Shown: positions 20,642-29,989 of the stretch, piece by piece
How positions within the stretch are numbered: position 1 is the first letter of the stretch
How the letters are laid out: each line of letters starts with the position of its first letter
Origin: Methanothermus fervidus DSM 2088
GTDB lineage: Archaea; Methanobacteriota; Methanobacteria; DSM-2088; Methanothermaceae
Reading direction: 5' to 3'
DNA: 32,000 nucleotides
Assembly (NCBI GenBank): GCA_000166095.1
Contig: CP002278.1
Coordinates: 780,001 to 812,000 of the forward strand
Notes under the pieces: model-generated
Databases searched by the model: none
Told to the model about the DNA's origin: nothing
The model's input: the letters and a program-made list of their open reading frames with translations, nothing else
Position numbers and translations under genes: made by a program

Positions 20642-21393
20642 TGTCTGTAACCATGAGCAAAATCTCCATTATAAAGTTTTGAACGTTTAAAATCTTTTGC
20701 TTCTAAGATTTTACCAACTATTATTATTGCAGATCTCTTTATTCCTTTATTTTCAACCTTTTCAACAATATTCTCTAAGGTACCTTGTAAAATAGTTTCA
20801 TCTTCCCATGATGCGTTTTTAACTACTGCAACAGGAGTATTTGGTGGATAATGCTTTAACAGCTTATCCACAATTTCTCTGATTTTATGTACACCAAGAA
20901 ATATACACATAGTAGCTCTATGTTTTGCTAACTTTTCTATATCTTCTCGTTTGGGAACTGGAGTTCTTCCAGCAGGTCTTGTTATTATAACAGTTTGAGA
21001 AATTTCCGGCAGTGTTAATTCAACTTTTAAAGCTGCCGCAGCTGCGAATAATGAACTTACTCCAGGTATTATTTCATATGGTATACCTCTTTTATCTAAC
21101 TCCCTCATTTGTTCTGCGATAGCTCCATATATTGAAGGATCCCCAGTATGGATTCTAGCAATTATTTTATTTTCCTTAGCTTTATCTTCAATTATCTCTA
21201 TTATTTCCTCCAATGTCATAGATGCACTATTGTAGACTTCTGCATCATCTCTTGCAAATTCTAAAATTTTTTCATTCACTAATGATCCTGCATATATGAT
21301 TACATCAGCTTTTTTTATTATTTTATAAGCTTTAAGAGTTAACAATTCAGGATCTCCAGGACCACCACCAATAAAAAATACCTTTCCATGCAT
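20638..21393 (-). CDS. cobM: Precorrin-4/cobalt-precorrin-4 C11-methyltransferase (CobM/CbiF)
   Basis: MHGKVFFIGGGPGDPELLTLKAYKIIKKADVIIYAGSLVNEKIL..., RIHTGDPSIYGAIAEQMRELDKRGIPYEIIPGVSSLFAAAAAL. Confidence 0.95.
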   Translation of the reverse strand: MHGKVFFIGGGPGDPELLTLKAYKIIKKADVIIYAGSLVNEKILEFARDDAEVYNSASMTLEEIIEIIEDKAKENKIIARIHTGDPSIYGAIAEQMRELDKRGIPYEIIPGVSSLFAAAAALKVELTLPEISQTVIITRPAGRTPVPKREDIEKLAKHRATMCIFLGVHKIREIVDKLLKHYPPNTPVAVVKNASWEDETILQGTLENIVEKVENKGIKRSAIIIVGKILEAKDFKRSKLYNGDFAHGYRQ

Positions 21394-21395
21394 TT

Positions 21396-21647
21396 TTACA
21401 CCCTATAGAATAAAATATAAGCTAGTATCATCAATATTATCGCAAGTACAACTCCCAATATCGCCATCTGACGGTCACTGCCAAATATAATTGGAATAGG
21501 GCCTATCATTACAACTCCGCCAGTTTTCACTTCAGATTTCCCAGTTTTAGAAACACTAGCATATTGAAGAATACTTCCAACAATTACTAACAACATTCCA
21601 AGGAATACAATGACAATCCCAAATAACACTACTAGATCGGCTCGCAT
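21396..21647 (-). CDS. Small membrane protein, DUF131/TIGR00304-like
   Basis: MRADLVVLFGIVIVFLGMLLVIVGSILQYASVSKTGKSEVKTGGVVMIGPIPIIFGSDRQMAILGVVLAIILMI: two TM helices with the GGVVMIGPIPIIFG motif. Confidence 0.85.
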   Translation of the reverse strand: MRADLVVLFGIVIVFLGMLLVIVGSILQYASVSKTGKSEVKTGGVVMIGPIPIIFGSDRQMAILGVVLAIILMILAYILFYRV

Positions 21648-21694
21648 ATTTGACACCTATGTTTATTGCTACAACTGTGTGTTAAGTGAAACTA

Positions 21695-22159
21695 TTAATC
21701 TTTTATTTTGTATTTTGCATTTTTTTCCTTTATTATATCCATTTCAACCATTGCATTGAGAATTTCCTTTAACCATTCTTTTGAACATAATTTTTCTTCA
21801 CAGAAGAAATAGTCACATGGACAAGATATCTTATTTTTTATTTCTTTTTTATCCATCCAATCTCCTGACTTTGACAATATATCATATACTGCCAGACACC
21901 ATAAAGACTTTTCCTTGACTTCATCTTCTACATCTATAGTTTCTATTTCACCTTTTAAATTTTTGGCAAATTTTTTGACTTTATCTATTTCACATTCTGG
22001 TACAAGTGTTAATGCCTTTATTTCTTCCCTTAAAAAATATATGCCTCTATGAACCTCAAATTTGTCTTGTCTAAGTATTAATCCACCTATATCTTCTATG
22101 AATTCTTCAAATTCATCGTACTTATAAACACCACCTGTAAACAAAACTAATTCATACAT
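21695..22159 (-). CDS. Conserved hypothetical protein with a Cys-rich CPCDYFFCEEKLC motif
   Basis: MYELVLFTGGVYKYDEFEEFIEDIGGLILRQDKFEVHRG... KISCPCDYFFCEEKLCSKEWLKEILNAMVEMDIIKEKNAKYKIKD. Confidence 0.75.
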   Translation of the reverse strand: MYELVLFTGGVYKYDEFEEFIEDIGGLILRQDKFEVHRGIYFLREEIKALTLVPECEIDKVKKFAKNLKGEIETIDVEDEVKEKSLWCLAVYDILSKSGDWMDKKEIKNKISCPCDYFFCEEKLCSKEWLKEILNAMVEMDIIKEKNAKYKIKD

Positions 22160-22259
22160 ATCTACATTCCCCAAAAACTTATATAATTTTTTGACTTAAT
22201 TTGTGTATTTGTATATTAAGATTTGAAATTATTTACTTATTAAGGTAGGGGTGGGTTTC

Positions 22260-23033
22260 TTGAACATCAAGAAATACCTCCTACTAGCTTTAGTTCTGTC
22301 TTTGCCATTTACATTTAGCTTTAGCTATGGATGGAAAGAAGAATCTCATCGCTACATAGTTGAATTGATCTACAACAACCTACCTTCTGAATATCAAAGC
22401 AAAATTGACCTCGAAGCTATGAAGGAGGGTTCAACAGCCCCTGACTTAAAATTTAAGGACTTTAAAAAACACCATTTCCCTCCAGCTTATTATGAAGCTA
22501 AGAAATGGCTTAATAAAGGCAAAGATGCCTGGAAGAAAGGAAATTACAAATATGCAAGTTATTGCTTTGGAGTTGCAACTCACTATATATCTGATTCTTT
22601 CTGTGCACCGCATTACGTCTCAGGAGAGTCAAAAAAGGATCATGAGATGTATGAGTCTCAAGTTATTGATTATATTCCAACTATCAGGTATATTCCAGGA
22701 GATCTCTATACTTTGATGTCATCAGGTGTCTCCACACAAGAAGAATGGGATGCATGGTTAAAAACTAGAGATCCAAATATACCTAGAAAACATTTTGATA
22801 AGGCTGCATCAGTTGCATATTCTGCGATAAAAGATACTATAGATCCTATAGAAGGCAAAGACAAAAGAGGCTATTACCCATCTAATACAAATACAACTAT
22901 AGAACAAAAACCACTGTTCAATAATTCAGAAACAATCCCAACAAAAAAAACTGGCGTACCTCTCGCTCCACTACTGCTCAGTGCATTAATGATGGCGGTT
23001 GTAGCTATATACACAAGATACTTTAGACCTTAG
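22260..23033 (+). CDS. Secreted/membrane-anchored zinc-dependent phospholipase C (S1/P1 nuclease-fold)-like protein
   Basis: Signal peptide YLLLALVLSLPFTFSFSYG, WKEESHRYI, APDLKFKDFKKHHFP, GVATHYISDSFCAPHY, C-terminal TM GVPLAPLLLSALMMAVVAIYTRYF; TTG start. Confidence 0.8.
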   Translation: MNIKKYLLLALVLSLPFTFSFSYGWKEESHRYIVELIYNNLPSEYQSKIDLEAMKEGSTAPDLKFKDFKKHHFPPAYYEAKKWLNKGKDAWKKGNYKYASYCFGVATHYISDSFCAPHYVSGESKKDHEMYESQVIDYIPTIRYIPGDLYTLMSSGVSTQEEWDAWLKTRDPNIPRKHFDKAASVAYSAIKDTIDPIEGKDKRGYYPSNTNTTIEQKPLFNNSETIPTKKTGVPLAPLLLSALMMAVVAIYTRYFRP

Positions 23034-23080
23034 ATTTTTTCTTTTTAAAGTTTTTTAGATTTCTATACTATTTTAGTCTA

Positions 23081-23130
23081 GACCTTGAAGCTATGAAAGA
23101 AGTTCAATAACTCTCAGTCCCAGATGAGGC
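23081..23130 (+). pseudogene. Possible relic of a paralogue of the phospholipase C-like gene
   Basis: GACCTTGAAGCTATGAAAGAAG-TTCAATAACTCTCAGTCCCAGAT resembles GACCTCGAAGCTATGAAGGAGGGTTCAACAGCCCCTGAC inside the upstream gene (DLEAMKEGSTAPD), with indels. Confidence 0.4.
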
Positions 23131-23317
23131 TAACATATTTAAAAGAAATAAAATATGACATTTCCAGGGAAAATTAAAATAACGTCAATTTTAATTTTAA
23201 AGAGATTCTAAAATTCTATTTATTTTATTTTTTATACGTTTTTACTTTATATTTAGTCGAAATGTTTATATTTGCTTATCACTTTTAATTATATGTATAT
23301 CGTTAGGAGGCTAAAAA

Positions 23318-24103
23318 ATGAAAAAAGAAATTGGAATCATTGTTTTAGCGGCTATAATCATTGCCATTGTTGGATTATATGCAACAGGATTTTTTGAAAC
23401 AAAACACGAAACAATAACAGTCTATGCAGGAGCCGGATTGATGAAAGCCGTAAATGAAATGAAGTCAGAATTTGAAAAATCAAATCCAGGAGTTACTGTG
23501 AACGTTAGGTATGGATCTGGTGCTGAGATCGTAAGTTTATTGAAAACACAGAAATCTGCAGATGTACTAATTGCTCCAGCAAATGATTATATGAAAACAG
23601 CGATAAAAGATGGATTAATAAAACAAGAAACCGTAAGGAATGTTACAAAACACGTACCTGTTTTAATTGTGCGTAAAGGTAACCCTAAGAATATTAAATC
23701 TATTTATGATCTCACAAAACCAGGCATAAGAGTAGCTGTTGGAGATCCAAAAAGTCCAGCAATAGGAAAAAAGACGTGGAAAATATTGAAAAAAGCAGGG
23801 ATAGAAAAAGAAGTGGAAAAAAACATTGTAGCTAAAACGGGCACTGTCAATGAGTTATTGACATATGTTGCAACAGGACAAGCAGATGCAGCAATAATAT
23901 GGGAAGACATGGCAACATGGAGTGAAGCACAAGGTAAAATTGAAGTTATACCAATACCAAAAGATATTAATGCTATAGACACTGTTTCTATAGGGGTGAC
24001 CACCTGCACAAAGAATTACAAATTGGCTAAAAGTTTTGAAGATTTTGTTTTAAGTCCAAAAGGCAAATCAATTTGGCAAAAATGGGGATTTAAAGTTTTA
24101 TGA
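23318..24103 (+). CDS. Molybdate/tungstate-type ABC transporter substrate-binding protein (ModA/WtpA-like)
   Basis: Signal anchor, ITVYAGAGLMKAVNEMKSEFEKSNPGVTVNVRYGSGAEIVSLLKTQKSADVLIAP, NPKNIKSIYDL, VGDPKSPAIGKKTWKIL. Confidence 0.88.
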   Translation: MKKEIGIIVLAAIIIAIVGLYATGFFETKHETITVYAGAGLMKAVNEMKSEFEKSNPGVTVNVRYGSGAEIVSLLKTQKSADVLIAPANDYMKTAIKDGLIKQETVRNVTKHVPVLIVRKGNPKNIKSIYDLTKPGIRVAVGDPKSPAIGKKTWKILKKAGIEKEVEKNIVAKTGTVNELLTYVATGQADAAIIWEDMATWSEAQGKIEVIPIPKDINAIDTVSIGVTTCTKNYKLAKSFEDFVLSPKGKSIWQKWGFKVL

Positions 24104-24113
24104 GGGTCTAAAG

Positions 24114-24878
24114 ATGAAATTTAAACATGTTCTTATTTTCTTTTCTTTTTTAGTTATAATATTGTTTTTTGTTACATTGACAAGTTTATTTGGAATGATA
24201 GATACAAAGAAATTTCTTACATCAGTTTTTTCCTATGAAATGCTATATTCGATAAAATTAACAATTTTAACATCTGTTTGTGCGACTTCATTAACAATGT
24301 GTACAGCTATACCTGTTTCATATGCTATGAGTAGGTATAAATTGCCATTTAAAAAATTAGGCAGAAGTATTTTAGTTGTTCCAATAGCATTGCCGGAATT
24401 AGTAGTTGGAGTTGCATTGGTATTATTATTCAGTCCTGATCATTTAGGTAGAATTATACCTTTAAGTTTTACAGTTCCTGGAATAATTTTAGCCCAATTC
24501 TTTGTTGCACTACCTTATGCAATTAGAATATTACATACGACTTTCAACTATATAGATGAACGTTATGAATTTGTTGCAAGATCTTTAGGATGTTCTGAAT
24601 TTGGAGCTTTTAGACGTGTGACACTACCATTAGCAAAAAATGGTATATTAGCATCATCTATCATAGCTTTTGCGAAATCTATGGGTGCATTTGGTGCAGT
24701 ACTAATGATGGGGGGAGGAACCTACTTAAAAACTGAAACATTGCCAATCACTGTATATTTGAACATGTCTTATGGTAATTTAGACATGGCAATTTCAGCT
24801 GCTTGTGTGTTGTTAATCATTTCATTCGCAATTCTAATAATAATTGAAAAGTATTTTAAGAATGTTCCTGTTTATTGA
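24114..24878 (+). CDS. Molybdate/tungstate ABC transporter permease (ModB-like)
   Basis: Multi-TM permease with the EAA loop FVARSLGCSEFGAFRRVTLPLAKNGI; follows the modA-like gene. Confidence 0.88.
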   Translation: MKFKHVLIFFSFLVIILFFVTLTSLFGMIDTKKFLTSVFSYEMLYSIKLTILTSVCATSLTMCTAIPVSYAMSRYKLPFKKLGRSILVVPIALPELVVGVALVLLFSPDHLGRIIPLSFTVPGIILAQFFVALPYAIRILHTTFNYIDERYEFVARSLGCSEFGAFRRVTLPLAKNGILASSIIAFAKSMGAFGAVLMMGGGTYLKTETLPITVYLNMSYGNLDMAISAACVLLIISFAILIIIEKYFKNVPVY

Positions 24879-25680
24879 AAACTTTCATATTATTTTTTCT
24901 GTAATCATTTAAAGATCTTCTTTTCATTTTTCCATCAGGAAAAACTGTTATCCATGTCTTTATTTTCTTTTTAGGAAGAGTTTCACGCCTACAGCTTTTA
25001 CTTAAAAATACATTTTTAAGATATTTTTTAGCTATTTTATATGCATTGAGCATTTCAGAATAAGTAGGTTCTCTTGAAAAATTTTTAATGGGCCTGTATG
25101 GATTTATTCTGTACTCTATTTCTGGATTTAATTTTGATAGAAATCTTGCTATATTCTTAATTTCTTTTTCTTCAACCCATCCAGGAATATATATTGTCTT
25201 AATTATTAAGTTAATATCTTTTTTACAAATGTTTTTCAAATTTCTCAAAATCCTTTTGTTTGAAAATCCAGTATATTTTTTATGTATTTTTTCGTCAAAT
25301 GCCTTTAAATCAAGCATTATTCCATCTAAACCTGCCTTTATTAATTCATCAACATACTTATCATCTAGTAAATAACCATTGGATTCTATGATTATTTGGG
25401 AAGATCTCAAAGATGAAATAAGTTTTTTTAAATATTTTTTATTTAAGGTAGGCTCCCCACCAGTTATTATAATTTCTTTAGGTAAATCACCATAGTAACT
25501 TCTTGATGAATCCTCAACTAATTTTACGAGTTCTTTAACTGTCATTGGTTTACCAACAATGTCCTTTGCAATGCTAAAACAACCTAAACAATTAAAATTA
25601 CAACCTGACAATGTTATCCAAACTCTTGGTGAAATTTCAGATAAAGTTATAAAAGGAACATGTCTTTTTCCTTTAAACAA
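24856..25680 (-). CDS. Radical SAM protein, activating-enzyme-like
   Basis: WITLSGCNFNCLGCFSIAKD (CxxxCxxC), EIIITGGEPTLNKKYLKKLI, IIESNGYLL. Confidence 0.87.
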   Translation of the reverse strand: MFKGKRHVPFITLSEISPRVWITLSGCNFNCLGCFSIAKDIVGKPMTVKELVKLVEDSSRSYYGDLPKEIIITGGEPTLNKKYLKKLISSLRSSQIIIESNGYLLDDKYVDELIKAGLDGIMLDLKAFDEKIHKKYTGFSNKRILRNLKNICKKDINLIIKTIYIPGWVEEKEIKNIARFLSKLNPEIEYRINPYRPIKNFSREPTYSEMLNAYKIAKKYLKNVFLSKSCRRETLPKKKIKTWITVFPDGKMKRRSLNDYRKNNMKVFNKQEHS

Positions 25681-25819
25681 TGCCTACACCATTTTATTAT
25701 ATTTTTTATTTGGATTTTTTATTTTCTTTGTTGTTAAGAAAATATTTATATATTATAAAGTATATTTTAAAATGAAAAATATTTGAAAATTATTAAAAAT
25801 AAATTGAAAGGGAAGAGAG

Positions 25820-28800
25820 ATGTTATCAAAAATAATAAAATCATGGGGGCTCATGATATTTGTTGTATTGTTTTGCTTATTTATCATCGAAACATCGTTT
25901 GCAATGCCTGTAAAATTGGATAACACAACAAAGCCAAAAATAATCATAATAAGCTCAAGCCCCAATGAAGTTGCAATTATAAATAAAGTGGCAAATGATA
26001 GTAATGTTAAGAATATTGTAAATGTAACTGCAAAACTTGGCACTACTTATGCTAATTTATCATTTGATTTGGATGGTGATTTAATAATTTTTGGAACACG
26101 AAGTGGTTTATCAGCGCCAGTATGGGAAACACTCAAACCAAAATTAGAAAAAGCAAAAAAAGAAGGCTCAACTATCATGATATGTGTTGAACCATCTACA
26201 AGAAACAACTATGCCCCAATTTTGGGTTTTCAAACAGTGAGTACGTCTGACCCTCGTTTCAATAAAACACTTGCATACTTAGAATATACTTGTGAGAAAA
26301 ATATAAAAAATTTGATCCTTTATTTAGCAGCTTCATTTTTTAACTGTACTGTGTCCTTTGAGCCACCAGAACAACGTCCGTTGTGGGGGATATATCATCC
26401 AGATGCACCTAAAGTATTTAGTAATCTAACAGAATATTTGGAGTGGTATATCAAAACTGGTAAATATCATTCAGATTCTCCAACAGTTGGGATAATAACC
26501 ACAGAGTATAGTGATATGGCACGAGATCGTCCACTTTTAGACAAACTTGTAAAAACCTTTGAATTAAAAAATTGCAATGTAATAGTTTCTACTTATACAT
26601 ATAGAGATCCAAATTCACTTAATTATCTTATGATAAACGGTACGCCAGCTATTGATGCTGCCATAGTAATTTCGAGGGGATCTACACTTAATTCGCAAAA
26701 TTGGACGAAAGGAATTGAAGATCTTCAAAAACTTAATGTTACAGTTCTCAATGGTATTAGGATATTCTCAACCAACGTAACTCTTGACACTTGGGAAAAT
26801 AGCATAGAAGGCGTGCCATCGGCAGAACTTTATCAGCTGGCATTTGCAGAAATGGATGGAATAATTGAACCAATAGTTATAAGTGTTAAAGCTCTTGACC
26901 CTGAAACTGGCGTTATATACAATAAACCTATTGATCATCAAGTAGAATGGCTAGTAAATAGGACTATTTCATGGATGAAACTCAAAAGACTTAACAACTG
27001 GAACAAAAAAATAGTGATAACATACTATAGTGAAGATGGTGGTAAAGCCAATATAGGAGCAGACATCGACTATTATCTTAATGCTCCAGAAAGTATAGCA
27101 ACTATACTTAAAGCTTTGAAAGAAAGAGGTTATAATTTAGGTAATAAAACATTGCCCTCAGGATCAGAGCTTGCAAAACTCATGGCAGAAATAGGAAGTA
27201 ATATAGGAACATGGGCACCTGGAGAACTCCAAAAAAGAATAAAATTAGGTCAAGTAATACTTATACCTGAAGATGAATATCTTAAATGGTTTAATGAATT
27301 ACCTCCTGAAAAACAAAAAGAAGTTATAGATGTTTGGGGTCCACCACCAGGAAAAATAATGGTATACACAAATGGTACTAAGAAATATATTGTTATACCT
27401 AAATTAGAGTTTGGAAATGTTCTTCTCCTACCTGAACCTGTATGGGGATGGTTACAGAACAAAACTACACTTTACAATGTGGGAAAACTTCCTCCAACTC
27501 ATAACCTACTTGCATTTTATTGGTGGATTAAAAAAGTTTTTGGTGCAAATGCAATCCTATCAATATTTAGTTTAGTTGAACTGATGCCTGGAAAGCAGAA
27601 TGGACTTTCAAGTAAAGATTGGGGAGCTATAATGCTCCAAGATATGCCCATAATCCATGTATTACCTACAGATGCTCCCGCAATTTTTGATAAACGAAGA
27701 GCTAACATGCTTATTATAAATTTCATGCCGCCGGTTCTTTGTTCTTCAGAACTTTATGGAAATTTTTCGGAATTATATGAAAATATTAAACTTTATAAAG
27801 AATGTGCTGATGATATGCTAAAAAATGCTTATAAAAATAAAATTATTTACTTAGCTAAAAAAATTGGTTTTAATTACAAAAATGATAATTTTGATGAATT
27901 TGTTGCAAATATTACAGCATATCTTGAAGATATCAAAAATAGTTACATACCTAAGGGGTCCCACATATTAGGGAAAGCACCAGAAGGTGATGAACTTTTA
28001 CAGTTACTTATTGCTATGCTTCCAGAAATTCGAGACCAGAATACTACATTAATAAAACTTTTACTAAAAGAGTGTATAATTAATAATTTAACACCTGAAG
28101 AAGCTCAAATGAAAATAATTGGAAAATTGAATGTTAATTTAACAAATTTACTTCAACTTGCACTTGATTATGCTCAAAGAATCCGCAATGTTAGTAATGA
28201 AATAACTGCTATACTTGCTGCACTCGAGGGAAGATACATAATCCCTGGTCCAAGAGGCGATCCTATACGCAATCCTGAAGTTCTCCCAACCGGTAGAAAT
28301 TCTTATCCATTTGATCCAAGAACCATACCCACAAAAGTTGCATGGGAAACAGCGGTTAAACTTGTGGATACATTCCTTAAGAAATATGTTAATGAACACG
28401 GAACATATCCTACTAAAGTTGCATATGTACTTTGGGCTTGCGAAACAATGAGACATCAAGGAATTATGGAAGCAGAGATACTTTATTTAATGGGTGTTAA
28501 ACCTATATGGGATTCCAGAGGTAGAATTAAAGGCATTGAACTTATAGAAAATCTTACAAGGCCACGCATAGACGTTTGTATTATTACATCAGGACTTTAT
28601 AGAGACTTACATAGAGACATGATAAACCTTCTTGATAAGGCTGTTAAAATTGCCGCAAATGCTAATGATACTATTAACTACATTAAACTTAATTCTGAAA
28701 AAATATATACGAAATTAAGAAGTGAAGGTTACAATGAATCTTATGCAAGGGAATTATCGCTCATTAGAATATTTTCTGAAGAACCTGGTGCATATTCACC

Positions 28801-29989
28801 TGGACTTCAAGAAATTATACCGGCTGCCAATATGTGGAATGAGCGAGAAGAGTTAGCTAACTTTTATATCGAAAGACTTTCATCATCTTATGGTGAAAAT
28901 GTGACAGGATTAAAAAATTCATTAGTTTTTAGAGAAAATCTTCGGGATGTAACAGTGGCTATGTTTAGTAGATCTTCAAATGTTTACGGTGTTCTTGATC
29001 ATCCTATGGTTGCAGCATATTTTGGAGGTCTCAGTCTTGCAATTGAAAAGGTTCGGGGAACAAAACCTGAAATGTACATAAATAATCTTAGGGTTGAAAA
29101 AAATGCAAAAATTGAAACACTAGAGCAATTCATTAAAAGAGATCTTATATCAAGATACTTCAATCCTAAATGGCTTATAGGCATGATAAGTAGTGGATAT
29201 GATGGTGCAAGATATATGGATTCATTTGTAGAAAACCTTTGGATATGGCAAGTTACAAATCCAGAATTCGTGTCAAAATCTACTTGGGACACAGTAGTAG
29301 ATGTTTACGTCAAAGACATCTACAACCTAGGCCTTAAACAATTCTTCAACACCCATAACCCCTGGGCAAGACAATCATTAATAGCTACGGCATTAGTGGC
29401 AGCATACAAAGGATTCTGGAAAGCAGATAGAGAAACTTTAACTTTCCTAGCAAGAGAATACATTGAAAGTGTCAATAAGTATGGAGTTACATGCTGCCAT
29501 CACACATGTGGCTATATCGACCTAAACAACTTCATAGTTAGAATATCAAATATGCCACTTCCATCATTACAAAAATTTGCAGCTGCATTTGCAGAAGCTA
29601 CTGGAGTTAAGTTATCAATCCCTGGAATTCCAACTACACCACAACCTTCAATTCCAGGAGCACCATCACAACTAGGAGCTCCAACTGCATTAGGAAGAGT
29701 AGGAATTGGAACTGCAGCAACAAGGGGAGTTTCACCAGGAATTTCAGGTCCTTCAGGTAGAGTTGGTGGTGAAGTTGGTGCAAGAGGAGCAGCTCAAGCT
29801 GCTGGAGCAGCAGGTAAAGCAGGAATTACAGGTGCTGCAGCAGGTAAAGGAGCAGGAAAAGCATATGAGATTACACCAGTGTCTAAAGGAATTGGAAAGC
29901 CAGGAATTCCATTCGCAGGAATAATCGGAGTTATAATATTGATTGCATTAATAGCAGCAGGATATCTATTGAGGAGGCCTGAGCGATAG
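25820..29989 (+). CDS. CobN/BchH-like (cobaltochelatase large subunit) protein with N-terminal signal sequence, Gly/Ala-rich linker and C-terminal TM anchor
   Basis: LMIFVVLFCLFIIETSFAMP signal; CobN family segments (VGIITTEYSDMARDRPLLDKLVKTFELKNCNVIVSTYTYRDPN, VLWACETMRHQGIMEAEILYLMGVKPIWDSRGRIKGIELI, RPRIDVCIITSGLYRDLHRDMINLLDKAV, WYDS-like YARELSLIRIF); C-term FAGIIGVIILIALIAAGYLLRRPER. Confidence 0.88.
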   Translation: MLSKIIKSWGLMIFVVLFCLFIIETSFAMPVKLDNTTKPKIIIISSSPNEVAIINKVANDSNVKNIVNVTAKLGTTYANLSFDLDGDLIIFGTRSGLSAPVWETLKPKLEKAKKEGSTIMICVEPSTRNNYAPILGFQTVSTSDPRFNKTLAYLEYTCEKNIKNLILYLAASFFNCTVSFEPPEQRPLWGIYHPDAPKVFSNLTEYLEWYIKTGKYHSDSPTVGIITTEYSDMARDRPLLDKLVKTFELKNCNVIVSTYTYRDPNSLNYLMINGTPAIDAAIVISRGSTLNSQNWTKGIEDLQKLNVTVLNGIRIFSTNVTLDTWENSIEGVPSAELYQLAFAEMDGIIEPIVISVKALDPETGVIYNKPIDHQVEWLVNRTISWMKLKRLNNWNKKIVITYYSEDGGKANIGADIDYYLNAPESIATILKALKERGYNLGNKTLPSGSELAKLMAEIGSNIGTWAPGELQKRIKLGQVILIPEDEYLKWFNELPPEKQKEVIDVWGPPPGKIMVYTNGTKKYIVIPKLEFGNVLLLPEPVWGWLQNKTTLYNVGKLPPTHNLLAFYWWIKKVFGANAILSIFSLVELMPGKQNGLSSKDWGAIMLQDMPIIHVLPTDAPAIFDKRRANMLIINFMPPVLCSSELYGNFSELYENIKLYKECADDMLKNAYKNKIIYLAKKIGFNYKNDNFDEFVANITAYLEDIKNSYIPKGSHILGKAPEGDELLQLLIAMLPEIRDQNTTLIKLLLKECIINNLTPEEAQMKIIGKLNVNLTNLLQLALDYAQRIRNVSNEITAILAALEGRYIIPGPRGDPIRNPEVLPTGRNSYPFDPRTIPTKVAWETAVKLVDTFLKKYVNEHGTYPTKVAYVLWACETMRHQGIMEAEILYLMGVKPIWDSRGRIKGIELIENLTRPRIDVCIITSGLYRDLHRDMINLLDKAVKIAANANDTINYIKLNSEKIYTKLRSEGYNESYARELSLIRIFSEEPGAYSPGLQEIIPAANMWNEREELANFYIERLSSSYGENVTGLKNSLVFRENLRDVTVAMFSRSSNVYGVLDHPMVAAYFGGLSLAIEKVRGTKPEMYINNLRVEKNAKIETLEQFIKRDLISRYFNPKWLIGMISSGYDGARYMDSFVENLWIWQVTNPEFVSKSTWDTVVDVYVKDIYNLGLKQFFNTHNPWARQSLIATALVAAYKGFWKADRETLTFLAREYIESVNKYGVTCCHHTCGYIDLNNFIVRISNMPLPSLQKFAAAFAEATGVKLSIPGIPTTPQPSIPGAPSQLGAPTALGRVGIGTAATRGVSPGISGPSGRVGGEVGARGAAQAAGAAGKAGITGAAAGKGAGKAYEITPVSKGIGKPGIPFAGIIGVIILIALIAAGYLLRRPER

